In this document: positions 38,367-53,493 of the stretch, one piece after another | Position numbering within the stretch: the first letter of the stretch is position 1 | How the letters are laid out: the number at the start of each line of letters is the position of its first letter | Assembly: GCF_020745735.1 (NCBI RefSeq) | Contig: NC_083433.1 | Span: forward strand, 6,645,363 to 6,709,362 | DNA length: 64,000 bases | Source of the DNA: Hemiscyllium ocellatum | Taxonomy: Eukaryota | Direction of reading: 5' to 3' | The notes under the pieces: model-generated | Database searches by the model: none | Seen by the model: only the letters and a program-made list of their open reading frames with translations | Told to the model about the DNA's origin: nothing | Made by a program: the position numbers and the translations under genes

Positions 38367-39545
38367 GTGGGATTCTGGAATCGCTGTTCTCCAATTCAAT
38401 TCTGCTTCTTTTGTATTGAATATGGAAATAAAAGGTTAATTGAACTGTCTGGTTAGTTTTCTGTGTAACTATAGTCAAAACATAAATCTGAATAAATTGA
38501 CTTCCTAACTGGCCTGACCCAACCACTCCCCTGTCCATATCTCTGTAAGGATTGGTTATTTGTCTGTTTCAACAGTTTGGATATAGGAGTGAACCTTTTT
38601 TGTGTAGCCATATTCATTTGGACCAGCAGGATAGGGCTGTCAACAGGGCTTAATCTCCCAAAGGTATTTAGGGTAAGTAAGTGAGCAGTACACTCCCCTG
38701 AGTGAATTGGGATGTTGTCCCTTTTGGGTGGCTGTCAGGCAGAACCATTCTACCTTTTGTTTTAAAAATAGGTCAACTGCAGGCCCCGGTGGTGACAGAG
38801 GTAAAACATGGACTTTCTGCTGCCCAAATAACAAAGCTTGTCTATAGATCTAATTATAGTGATTTAAGGTCAATGCACCTTTTGGTGTCACTGTCAAAGA
38901 CAGATGATTGATGACACATCGTGGCCTCAGGACCTCAACATCAGATCAATGCTCTGATCTGAGTACTGTTTTTTTTTAAACAGTAAATAACTCTCATTGC
39001 AACTTATCTTCTCTTTGCTGAATGCAATGGCTACCCATGAAAGGTCCAGCTATTTCGGTCAAAGCTTTGACTGAAAGGATACCAGTTCCTGAACTGGCCT
39101 TCCAATAGCCTAGATGGCTAGGAATGTGGTTTTGAGTGTTTTTATTCGGTGAACCCCACAGCTAGGACAGTGAGTAAGAGGGCTTCCCATTATGATAGCT
39201 TTCCTGAGGGGCTGCTTGTCTCAAACCATGTTCTTGATAAAGTGGCTGCTGTCAGTTAATTCATTCACATATCACCTCTTTAAACTTCTAAGGGGCCTGA
39301 TGGGAAAGGAAAAGTAAAATTGCAACCAGATTTCCCACAAATTCACAGGATAGTGGGGCTCGCTCCTATGACCTCATCTGTTCCTGCAGCATTACCAGGT
39401 GAAATCTCAAAGTGTCAAATTTGGGAAAAGTCACTATGTTTCTGCATTCATAAATTTGTTTCCCCATTCTGTGGAGGATCGACTTCAGACTCCTCCAGGA
39501 TGGAAGGGGCATGATAGGACAATCGCAAGACTGTCACAAAACATC

Positions 39546-42495
39546 CCCACAATCCTGTCAGATCGAATGGATCCTTTGGAGATACAGTTAGAGGCAATGA
39601 GGAATTTACAACAGCAAGGGGATGTGATGAATGGGAGTTATAGGAAGGGGGAAATGTCTCCGATACAGTCATATAGATGGGTTAACTCCAGGAAAGGTCA
39701 GAGAGGTAGGCAGGTAGTGCAGGACTCTTCTGTGGCTATCCCCATTTCAAACAGGTATGCTGTTTTGGAAAATATTTTGGGTGATGGACGCCCTGGGGAA
39801 TGTAGCATGAATAGCCAAGTTTCTGGTATTGAGGCGGGTTCTAATGTAATGAGAGATAAGTCAGGTTCCAAGCAATCAATTGTGTTCGGGGACTCTCTAG
39901 TCTGAGGTACAGACAGATGATTCTGTGGCCAGCAGCGAAAAAGCAAAATTGTGTGTTGCTTCCCTGGTGCCAGGATCAATGATGTCTCCAAGAGGGTGCA
40001 GAATGTTCTCAAGGGGGAGAGGGACCAGCAGGAAGTCACTGCACACATTAAAATCAATGTTATAGGAAGGGACAAGGGTTGAGATTCTGAAGGGAGATTA
40101 CAGAGAGTTAGGCAGGAATTTAAAAAGGAGATCCTCGAGAGTAGTAATATCTGGATTATTCCTGGTGCTATGAGCAACTGAAGGCGGGTTTAGGAGGATA
40201 GAGCAGATGAATGCATGGCTGCGGAGCTGGTGTACGGGAGAAGGATTCACATTTTTGGATTATTGGAAGCTGTTTTGGCGTAGAAGTGACCTGTACAAGA
40301 AGGACAGATAGCACCTAAATTGGACGGGGACTAATATACTGGCAGGGAGATTTGCTGGAGCTGCTCAGGAGGATTTAAACTAGTAAGGTGGGGGCTTGGG
40401 ACCCAAGGAGATAGTGAGGAAAGAGATCAATCTGAGACGGGTACAGTTGAGAACAAAGGTCAGTCAAACAGTCAGGGCAGGCAGGGTCAAGGTAGGACTG
40501 ATAAATTAACCTGCATTTATTTCAGTGCAAGGGGCCTAACAGGGAAGGCAGATGAACTCAGGGCACGGTTCGGAACATGGGACTGGAATATCATAGCAAT
40601 AACAGAAACGTGGCTCAGGGATGGGCAGGACTGGCAGCTTAATGTTCCAGGATACAAATGCTACAGGAAGGTCAGAAAGGGAGGCAAGAGAGGAAGGGGA
40701 ATGGCCTTTTTAATAAGGGATAGCATTATTGCTGTACTTAGGGAGGATATTCCCAGAAATACATTGAGGGAAGTCATTTGGGTGGAACTGAGAAATAAGA
40801 AAGGGATGATCACCTTATAGGGATTGTATTATAGACCACCTAATAGTCAGAGGGAAATTGAGAAACAAATTTGTAAGGAGATCTAAGTTATCTGTAAGAA
40901 TAATAGGGTGGTTATGGTCGGGGATTTTAACTTTCCAAATATAGACTGGGACTGCCATAGTGTTAAGGGTTTAGATGGAGAGGAATTTGTTAAGTGTGCA
41001 TAAGACAATTTTCTGATTCAGTATGTGGATGTACCTACTAGAGAAGGTGCAAAATTTGACCTACTCTTGGAAAATAAGGCAGGGCAGGTGACTGAGGTGT
41101 CAGTAGTGGAGCATTTTGGGGCCAGCGACCATAATTCTATTAGATTTAAAATAGTGATGGAAAAGGATAGACCAGATCTAAAAGTTGAAGTTCTAAATTG
41201 GAGGAAGGCAAAAGCATGCTATTAGGCAAGAACTTTTGAAAGCTGATTGGAGGCAGATGTTCGCAGGTAAAGAGACGGCTGGAAAATGGGAAGCCTTCAG
41301 AAAAGAAATAATGAGAATCCAGAGAAGGTTCCTGTCAGGGAGAAAGGGAAGGCTGGTGGTTATAGGGAATGCTGGATGACTATAGAAATTGAAGGTTTGG
41401 TTAAGAAAAAGAAGGAAGCATATGTCAGGTATAGACAGGATAGATCGAGTGAATCCTTAGACTATAAAGGCAGTAGGAGTATACTAAGAGGGAAATCAGG
41501 AGGACAAAAAGGGGACACAAGATAGCTTTGGCAAATAGAGTTAAGGAGAATCCAAAAGGTTTTCACAAATACATTAAGGACAAAGGGTAACTAGGAAGAG
41601 AATAGGGCCCCTCAAAGATCAGCAAGGCGGCCTTTGTGTGGAGCTGCAGGAGATGGGGGAGATACTAAATGAATATTTTGCATCAGTATTTACTGTGGAA
41701 AAGGATATGGAAGATATAGACTGTAGGGAAATAGATGGTGACATCTTGCAAAATGTCCAGATTACAGAGGAGGAAGTGCTGGATGTCTTGAAACGGGTAA
41801 AAGTGGATAAATCCCCAGGACCTGATCAGGGAGTCGCTGGTAGATAGGATAGTAAAGAAAGCGTTTGGTATGCTATCCTTTATTGGTCAGAGTATTGAAT
41901 ACAGGAGTTGGGAGGTCATGTTGTGGCTGTCCAGGGCATTGGTTAGACCACTGTTGGAATATTGCAAGCAGTTCAGGTGTCCTTATTGGAAAGATGTTGT
42001 GAAGCTTGAAAGGGTTCAGAAAAGATTTACAAAGATGTTTCCAGGTTGGAGGGTTTGAGCAATAGGAAGAGGTTGAATAGGCTGGGGCTGTTTTCCCTGG
42101 AGTGTCAGAGACTGAGTGGTGACCTTGAAAGAGGTTTATAAAATCATGAGGGGCATGGACAAAGTCTTTTCCCTGGGGTGGACTGGGGTCCAGAACTCAA
42201 GTGCATAGGTTTAGGGTGAGAAGGGAAAGACATAAAAGAGACCTAAGGCACAACTTTTTCACTCAGAGGGTGGTGTGTTTATGGAATGAGCTGCCAGAGG
42301 ATGTGGTGGAGGCTGGTACAATTACAGCATTTAAGACTCATCTTAAATGAGGATGGGTATATGAATAGGAAGGGTTTGGAGGGATATGGGCCAGGTACTG
42401 GCAGATGGTACTAGATTGGGTTGGGATATCTGGTTGGCATGGGCGAGATGGACCGGAAGGTCTGTTCCCATGCTGTACATCTCCATGACTCTATG
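39546..42495 (+). mobile_element. Long CR1 LINE: ORF1 esterase region, ORF2 endonuclease, internal deletion of RT, 3' end
   Basis: ORF1-like ISNRYAVL..IVFGDSLV. Endonuclease-like motifs (IAITETWL, GDFNFPNIDW, ASDHNSI). KSPGPDQ is joined directly to ..DRIVKKAFGMLSFIGQSIEY near 41830. Tail ctccatgactctatga. Multiple stops. Confidence 0.92.
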
Positions 42496-43269
42496 ACTGG
42501 AATCTAACTCTGCTTGATGTTGGCAAGGTACTGGTTCTGAAAGGGTTAACGTTGGGCTGCAATAAGCCCCACCCAATGTGATGATTTCTGAAGGACTTGA
42601 GTCAGTAAAGCAGAAAATCTTATGATCTGAAATGGGTAATGCTGGACAGAAGAGGATTGGGAATTGGTTCAGATGTGGGAGACTGGGAATGGGTTGTGTA
42701 CTCCGATGGGCAGGAGGGGATTAGTCATCTCTTCCTCCCAGGAATCTTACAATGAAAGGCTATTTCTAAATGACATTGATGAAGAAATAGAGATACATAT
42801 CCATGTTTCCCAATGAGGTGAGCTAGTAAATATCATTGACAGAATTGTCATTATGCAGAAGAAGGCCATTCAGCCCATCACATTTGCAACAGCTCTCTGA
42901 GCATCTTCTGCCCTTTCCCTGTCACATGGCCTGTTGTTCCTGTTTAATTGCTCAGTAGCCTCTGGAACATTTCTGTTGATCCTGCCTCTGCCAGACAGAT
43001 GCAACAGGCACTAATATAGCGAATGGGCAATATTGATCAATAGAATTTAATCTGAGGAAGAGTACTTTAGACCAAGACGGAGAAATCAGAGTGGTTTTGA
43101 AATGGTGAAGAGTTACGAGGGAACCAGGCACAGAGAGTGTTGGGGACCTACATGCAGAAATTATTAAAAACTTGACGAGAGTAAAAGAGATGATATTAAA
43201 ATGCTAATTGCATCTTAGTCTTCATCACAAGGCAGTGGAAGTGCAATGTAAATCATTGAATCTCTACAT

Positions 43270-43550
43270 CATAAGATCAGGCCATTCAGCCCATCACATC
43301 CACAACAATCCTCAGAAGAGCATCCCAGCACCCCACCCAGACCCATCCCATCCTTGTAACCCCACTTTTCCCATGGCTAACCCACCTAGCCTGCATATCC
43401 TTGGACTGTGGGAGGAAACCAGAGCACCTGGAGGGGACCTGCGCAGATTCATGGAGAATGTGAAAACTCCCACAGTCAGTCGCCCAAGGGGGGAATCAAA
43501 TCCAGGTCCCTGGCACTGTGAGGAAGCAGTGCTAACCACAGTGCCACCCA
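43270..43550 (-). mobile_element. Older HE1-like SINE, paralogous to copies at about 48855-49145 and 55365-55545
   Basis: gtgctaaccac..gtgccaccc end and ttggactgtgggaggaaaccagagcacc core, at the same position upstream of J, K and L. Confidence 0.8.
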
Positions 43551-43700
43551 TAAAGGTGTGTTACAGTTGTGGAAACCTAATCTGGAGAACTGTAATCAGT
43601 TCTGATGCATCGACATTGGAGTATATTTTGTCAATTTATTTCATGGAAAAGTGTGTCACTGGGAAGGCCAATCCCTGCTCTCCATCTCTCACTGCCCTGG

Positions 43701-43793
43701 TCTGGGTGGGTTACTCTTTGGATGGTTGGTGTGGACTGGTTGAGCTGAAGGGCCTGTTTCAACACTGTAGGGAATCTAATCTAATCTAAATCT
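43701..43793 (+). mobile_element. 5'-truncated SINE/CR1 tail inserted only upstream of J
   Basis: gaagggcctgtttcaacactgtagggaatctaatctaatcta; absent at the paralogous sites near 49295 and 55590. Confidence 0.75.
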
Positions 43794-44389
43794 TAAAAAG
43801 TTTCTGACCATCTCAGAGAATGAACAACATTGCTGTGGGTCTGTAGTCACAGATAGACCATACCAGAGTTCTTTCCCTTAAGGATATCACTGAACTAGAT
43901 GGATTTTTGTAAACATCAAAGATAATTTTTTTAAAGTTCATTCATCGGATAAGGGTGTCACTGGCTAAGTCAGCATTTATTGCCCATCCTAAACTGTCCA
44001 GAGGGCAACTCAGAGTTAACCATGTTGCTGTGGGTCTGGATTCACATGTAAGGCCAGACCAGGTCAGATCACATTTTCCCTCCAATGAGTCAGATGGGTT
44101 TTTCCTGACAATGGTTTCATGGTCATCACTAAACTCTTAATTGCAGATTTTTATTGAATTCAAATTCCAACCTGGATCCCCAGAACATTTCCTGGCTCAT
44201 TGGTATAATAGTCCAGCAATAATACCACTGGGCCACTGCCTCCCCACCACGATCACCATCACTGAGACTTGCTTTGTATTCCAAATTAATTAGTTGAATT
44301 CTACCCAGCTGCCATGGTGGGATTTGAACTCATGTCCTCATGGAGTTAATCTGAGCCGCTCAGTGACAATACCATCATCCCCCTACAGT

Positions 44390-44812
44390 GTAGATTCACC
44401 GGAATGATACCAGGGCTGAAAGGCTTAAATTGTGAGGACACTTTGCAAACAGTGGACTTGAGTATCAAAGATTAACGGATGACTATACTCGAGGTTTGGA
44501 AAATAACGAATGGGTTTGAGGAGACAGATGGAGAGAAATTATTGCACCGTGACCAAGGAGTAGAATGCTATGATTATCATGTGACCATTCAGTGCAGTTG
44601 ATTGGAATCATCTCATGAAAAGGACTCTCTTTCCCAGAAACATTGGGAGCAAATAATCTGTTCAGATCTGAGATAGTTAGATGCTTGTTGGTTAATGGTG
44701 TGAAGGGAATGCAAGACCAATGTGGACAGTAGCAGGAAGCAACAGACCAGCCATGATATCATTAAATGGCAGCACAGGCTGACAGAGACAAACATCCTCC
44801 TCCTGTTCCTCA
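44390..44812 (+). mobile_element. Ancient CR1 3' end abutting the promoter, duplicated with the gene (also about 49915-50355, 56210-56645, 61220-61660)
   Basis: agattcaccggaatgataccagggctgaaaggcttaaattgtgaggac ... cagaccagccatgatatcattaaatggcagcacaggctg..ctcctcctgttcct. Confidence 0.72.
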
Positions 44813-44856
44813 GTGACAATCACTGAATGATCCAAATCTGCCTCCATTTCAAAGCT

Positions 44857-45003
44857 CTGATTGGCTCTAGGTATCTCACCTCACCCTATGCCCTTCATCA
44901 GTTCCTGGATCCATGGGGATTCCTGATTGGCTGTCAAGTATTGTCAATCATTATTGGTGAATCATTTCCTGGTTGAGTACAAGCTGTCCCAGGAGGATAA
45001 ATA
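44857..45003 (+). promoter_or_regulatory. Promoter of J
   Basis: CTGATTGG at 44857 and 44923, TGTCAATCA, GATAAATA 44996-45003. Confidence 0.68.
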
Positions 45004-45057
45004 CAAGAACTGCTGGATGAGGGGCTCAGTTTTAGAGTTGTTGAGGTGATAGTAAAG

Positions 45058-47730
45058 ATGGCCTCCCAAGTGTGTCAGAACTACCACAAGGACTGTGAGG
45101 CTGCTGTTAACAAGCAGATCAACCTGGAGCTCTATTCCTCTTATGTTTACCTCTCCATGGTGAGGCTTGTGGACTTGATGGTCCATTCCTTCTTCTTTCC
45201 CCCTCCCCCACCCCACAATGGGCAGGGGATGGACAATAAGTTTGAGACCTGCTAGTGTTACCTGTGTTTCATAGCTGATGTTTTAAATTGTATATTACAT
45301 TGGTAGACTATTTTTTAAGCCAGAGTTGTCTTTTGAATGTTTTCTCCCTCTATCTCCTATCCACTGAAGTGATTACTGATAACTTTTTTATTGGTTGCCT
45401 TGTTAATTGACTGCTCTATCCTAAAAACTGGTTTTATTCTGAAGTGTTTCACATTGGAACTAAATCCAAGGTTCCTTGCATTCTCTGGAGGATGATGTCA
45501 TGTGTAACTTTTTTCAACTTTGACTATTCATTGGATGACTAGTGACTCATTAACTATTTGAGTCCTCTTCTGCTTGTTTTCCAAATGAGTACGATCATGT
45601 TCTGTAGGCCTTAATACTGGGTTCTTCCATCAACCAATAATGTGAAAATATTGTCAAAGGCCTTTGTGTGGAAATTGGCCCTTTGCAAGACAGTTCATGC
45701 TAAATATAATCTCAAATGAGACCAATCCCACCTGCCTGCTCCTGGCCCATATCCCCCCAAACCTTTCCTATTCATGTTCCTATCCAAATGTCTATAATAT
45801 TCCAATTGTGCCTTCATTTCCCACTTCCTGAGGAAGGTCAATCCACATGTGATCTACACTCTGGGGAAAACTTGCTTCATGTCTCTTTTTAAACTTTTTT
45901 CTCCATGTGCCCCCTAGTCTTGAAATTTAACTGATACTAGATTGCTACTTGGGGGTTTTCTGATTTACATGACTTTGGTTGATTACTCAAATGAGCAGGC
46001 AGGTGGGACTGGTCTCATTTGAGATTGTTCAGCATGGACTGGCTTGCAAAGGACTTCCTGAAATGGAGGTTGGGATCTGAGGTGTCTGGTCTAAGTTACA
46101 AATTAGGTCCTACTTGCAAATGCTTGGTTCTGATCATTTCGCACACAAAGACCTTGGTAAGGGTAGGGATAAATGATCTGCTTTGGTCACATGAATTGAC
46201 AACAGCAAGAGGCCACATGGCCCCCTGCAAATATGCTCTGATCTTTCAGTAAGATCATGCTCATTTGGTTTGCATTCTGCAATCTGTTTTTAATTGTGGA
46301 TAACAGTAACTCTGAACAATGCCTATTCATAGGCAGGAGGTTGAGTTGCAAGATCAACTTAAGCCCCATCTCAACCCATCAATACAATCATCTTTTTGTT
46401 CTTAAACTATGTTCTTAGTTCTGACCTCTACCCCACCCCAGGACATTCCTGCCTAATCCACACCATTCAGCATTTGTTACAGGTTGTTTTGCTTTAATGT
46501 TTCATTAATGTGGTTGACAAAATAGGGATACTGTTTCCAAAGCATGAACTCTTAATGTGCTGGCTGTAGCACAACTACTTTAAGCACTGTTTCTAAAGTG
46601 ATTTTTCTTAAACGTGGGGTTGCACAAGACTGTAGCCATCACATTATGAAGAACTGCCCATACTCCTTTTCTAAGCTGAAAACAAACTACACTTGGTCTT
46701 AGTGAGGTTCTTGATGGGTGACATCTGGAACTTCCATGGCTGTCACTTTCTCCTCTTTCCCCCAGTCCTCTTACTTTGACCGGGATGATGTTGCCCTGCG
46801 TCACTTTACGGAGTTCTTCAAGGAGCAGTCCCATGAAGAACGGGAACACGCTGAGAAACTGATGGAATTCCAGAATAAACGTGGAGGCTGAGTCCTCCTG
46901 CAGGATGTCAAGGTTGGGTCGATCATCCTACATTATAACTAACATGCATTTGAAGCACTCATTCCCATGGGTGTAATGCTATATGGCACACTATATTCCT
47001 AGTTAACTTTTTCATGTTATTCCATTGTGATTTGGTTCGTGTTTCACATTAAGTGAAATATCTGCCTCTTCCCTTGCTCCAGAAGCCAGAGCAGGATGAG
47101 TGGGGCAATGGTCTGGAGGCAATGCAGAGAGCTCTGCAGATGGAGAAGGATGTGAACCAGAGTCTGCTGGATCTGCACAAACTCTCCTCCGGCCACACTG
47201 ACCCTCACGTGAGTTCCTGATGGCTGAATTTTCAGTGGTGTTGAAGGTGATATTGGAATCTGCCCTGCACTCCATGTTGGTCTAGGGCTGTGTAGGCTTG
47301 TTTAACAGCAAATGTTGTTGCTTCAGTTATCAATCTGATCCTAGTGGGTTTTTGGTTTGTTCAGTATCTGGGGTATAAATAATTGACATTTGTCCCCAGT
47401 TTAATGGAAATAGCTTGGCACTTGCATGCAAGTCCAGTTGGTGCTGCCTTCTAGAGTAGTTCTAGCTGAGAAGGCAGTTTTTTAACCTGTTCTTGGAAAT
47501 AGCCAGCTGTTCCATCAATCCATAACAAACTAATTCCATCATGTCTGTCTGATCTAAATACTCTATCTCTCTCTTCCTTCCAGCTGTGTGACTTCCTGGA
47601 GAGGCACTTCTTGGATGAGCAAGTGAAGATGATCAAGAAGCTGGGAGATCACATCACCAACCTGAAGAGACTGGGAGCCCCTGAGAATGGCCTGGGAGAG
47701 TACCTGTTTGACAGGCTCACGCTGTGCTGA
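45058..47730 (+). pseudogene. Ferritin unit J with premature stop in exon 2
   Basis: Exons 45058-45159, 46766-46912, 47083-47208, 47584-47730. GGC TGA GTC at 46889-46891 where D, G, I and K have CGA (Arg). Also RHY>RHF and terminal S>C. Confidence 0.88.
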
Positions 47731-50398
47731 GTGGGATTCTGGAATTGCTTGTTCTCTAATCCAATTCTGCTTCTCTTGTATTTGAATATGGAAATAAAGG
47801 ATTTATTTAACTAGTCTGGTTAGCTTTCTGTAATTGTATAGTCAAAACTTAAATCTGAGTAAACTGACTTCCTAACTGGCCTGACCCAACAATACAACCA
47901 ATCCTTGGTTGGGTCTATATCAACAATTTGGATATGGGAGCTAACCTTGGCAAAGCTGAATTCTTTGGACCAGCTGGACAGGGCTTAATCTCCCAAAGAT
48001 ATTTAGGATGAGTGGGCAAACATTTTCCTGAATGACTAGGGGAGTTGTCCCTTTTTTGGGTGGCTGTATTTTTTTTTAAAAAAACAAGCTGACTGCTGAT
48101 CCTGGTTGGGTAGCATAGATAGATACAATATGGACTTTGCTCAAATAACACAGCTTGTCTAGAGACCTAATACATCTGCTTAAGGACATAGACACCAGAA
48201 AGGTGCCATTGACATCAATCACTTGTTTTTGACATGTCATGGCAATTGTTCAGGGCTGCCGCATCAGCTAGATGCTCTACAATCTGTGTACTGGCCATTT
48301 CTTCTGGCTCTTTTAATTACAGTAAATAACTCTTGTCGCAACTAGCTCCTCTTCTACTGAATGTAATGGCTACCCATGAAAGGTCTGGCTGTATAAATCC
48401 AAGCTTTGAGTGAAAGGATACCAGCTCCTGAACTGACCTTCCAAAAACATTAGATAGCTGAGAATGTGGTTTTTCACCCCATTGGGTGAACCCACAGCGA
48501 GGGCATAGAGTAAGAGGTCTTCCCATTATAAACTTTGCGTTTATCTCCTGCCATTTCCCTGAATCCTGGCCTATTGTTTAACTGTTTAATTGTCTAGTGC
48601 CCTATTGAACCTACCTCTGCAATACACAAGCCTTAATAAAGGGAGTCAATATTGATCAAGATGGAGAAATCAGAATGGTTTTGAAATGGGAAAGAGTTAT
48701 GAGGGAAACAGGTGCAGAGAAAATTGGGGACCTGAATGCAGAAATTATTAAAAACTTGCAGAGTAAAGAGATGACTTTAAAATGCTAATTGCATTTTAGC
48801 CTTTGTAAGGCAGTGGAGTTGAATGTAGATCATTGACCTACTTCTATGCTGTAGGGATTCATTCAGCCCATCATATCCACACCAATCCTATGAAGAGCAT
48901 CCCATAATTCTCATGGCCAACCCACCTAGCTATCACATCCCTAGACAAGGCAGGCAATTCCCCACAGCCACTCTATCTAACATGCCCATCTTTGGACTGT
49001 GGGATGAAACCAGAGCACCTGGAGGAACCCACACAGCCACATGAAATAAGTGTAAACTCCACATACAGTCACCCAAGACTGGAATCAAATCCAGTCCCTG
49101 GCACTAAGAGGCAGCAGTGCTAACCACTGAGCTACAGCACCACCCATAAAGGTGTACTGTAATTGTAGAATGTGTAGGGTAAACCTCATCTGGAGAACTG
49201 TAATCAGTTTCTATATATTGACTTTGGAGCATGTTTTTTTTTCAATTTATTTCCTGGAAGAGGCTCATCCCAGCTCTCCATCCCGCACTGCCCTGAAACT
49301 AAAGCGTTTCTGACCATCTCAGAGGCAAGTCAAGAATGAACAACATCGCTGTGGGTCTGGGGGTCATAGATAAGCCAGAGCAGATTATTTTCTGTAAAGA
49401 TTATCACTGAACCAGATGGATTTCTGTGAAAAGTCAACAATAGTTTTTTTTTAAAACTTCATTCATGCGATAAGGGTATCACTGGCTAAGTCAGCATTTA
49501 TTGCCCATCCTGAACTCCCCAGAGGGCAATTGAGAGTTGACTATGTTGCTATGGGTCTGGAGTCACATGTAAGACCAAACCAGGTCTGGATCACAGTTAC
49601 TGTCCAGTGAGTCAGATAGATTTTTCCTGAAAATGGCTTCATGGTCATCATTAAACTCTTTATTCCAGACTTTTATTGAATTCAAATTCCAACCAGGATC
49701 CCCAGAACATTTGCTGGCTCACTGGTATATTACTCAGCAATAATACCACTGCCTCCCCACCACGATCACCATCACTGGAACTTGCTTTGTATTCCAAATT
49801 AATTAGTTGAATTCTACCCAGCTGCCATGGTGGGATTTGAACTCATGTCCTCATGGAGTTAATCTGAGCCTCTCAGTGACTGGCTCAGTGACAATACCAT
49901 CATCCCCCTACAGTGTAGATTCACCGGAATGATACCAGGGCTGAAAGGCTTAAATTGTGAGGACACTTTGCAAACAGTGGACTTGAGTATCAAAGATTAA
50001 CGGGTGACTATACTCGAGGTTTGGAAAATAATTAATGGGTTTGAGGAGACAGATGGAGAGAAATTATTGCACCGTGACCAAGGAGAAGGATGCTATAATT
50101 ATCATGTGACCATTCAGAGCAGTTGCTAGGAATCATCTCCTCATGAAAAGGAATCAGAAATCTGGACTCTCTTTCCCAGAAACATTGGGAGCAAATAATC
50201 TGTTCAGATCTGAGATAGTTAGATGCTTGTTGGTTAATGGTGTGAAGGGAATGCAGGACCAATGTGGACAGTGGCAGGAAGCAACAGACCAGCCATGATA
50301 TCATTAAATGGCAGCACAGGCTGACAGAGTCAAACATCCTCCTCCTGTTCCTCAGTGACAATCACTGAATGATCCAAATCTGCCTCCATTTCAAAGCT

Positions 50399-50544
50399 CT
50401 GATTGGCCCCAGGTATCTTACCTCACCCTGTTTCCATCATCAGTTCCTGGATCCATGAGGATTCCTGATTGGCTGTCAGGGACTGTCAATCATCATTGGC
50501 GAATCATTCCCTGGTGAGTACAAGCTGTCCCAGGAGGATAAATA
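50399..50544 (+). promoter_or_regulatory. Promoter of K
   Basis: CTGATTGG at 50399 and 50465, CTGTCAATCA, GATAAATA 50537-50544. Confidence 0.68.
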
Positions 50545-50611
50545 CAAGAGCTCATGGGACAGTGGCTTAGCTCTAGAGTCATCTTGGTGATAGTGAGTAG
50601 GAACAGTGAAG

Positions 50612-53493
<2,882 letters not shown>

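Noticed and set aside
46889-46891. In-frame TGA in unit J as selenocysteine or programmed readthrough
   Set aside because: It is a CGA>TGA change at a CpG hotspot in a conserved Arg codon. The short 3' UTR is like that of non-TGA copies with no evident SECIS, and J carries other private changes.
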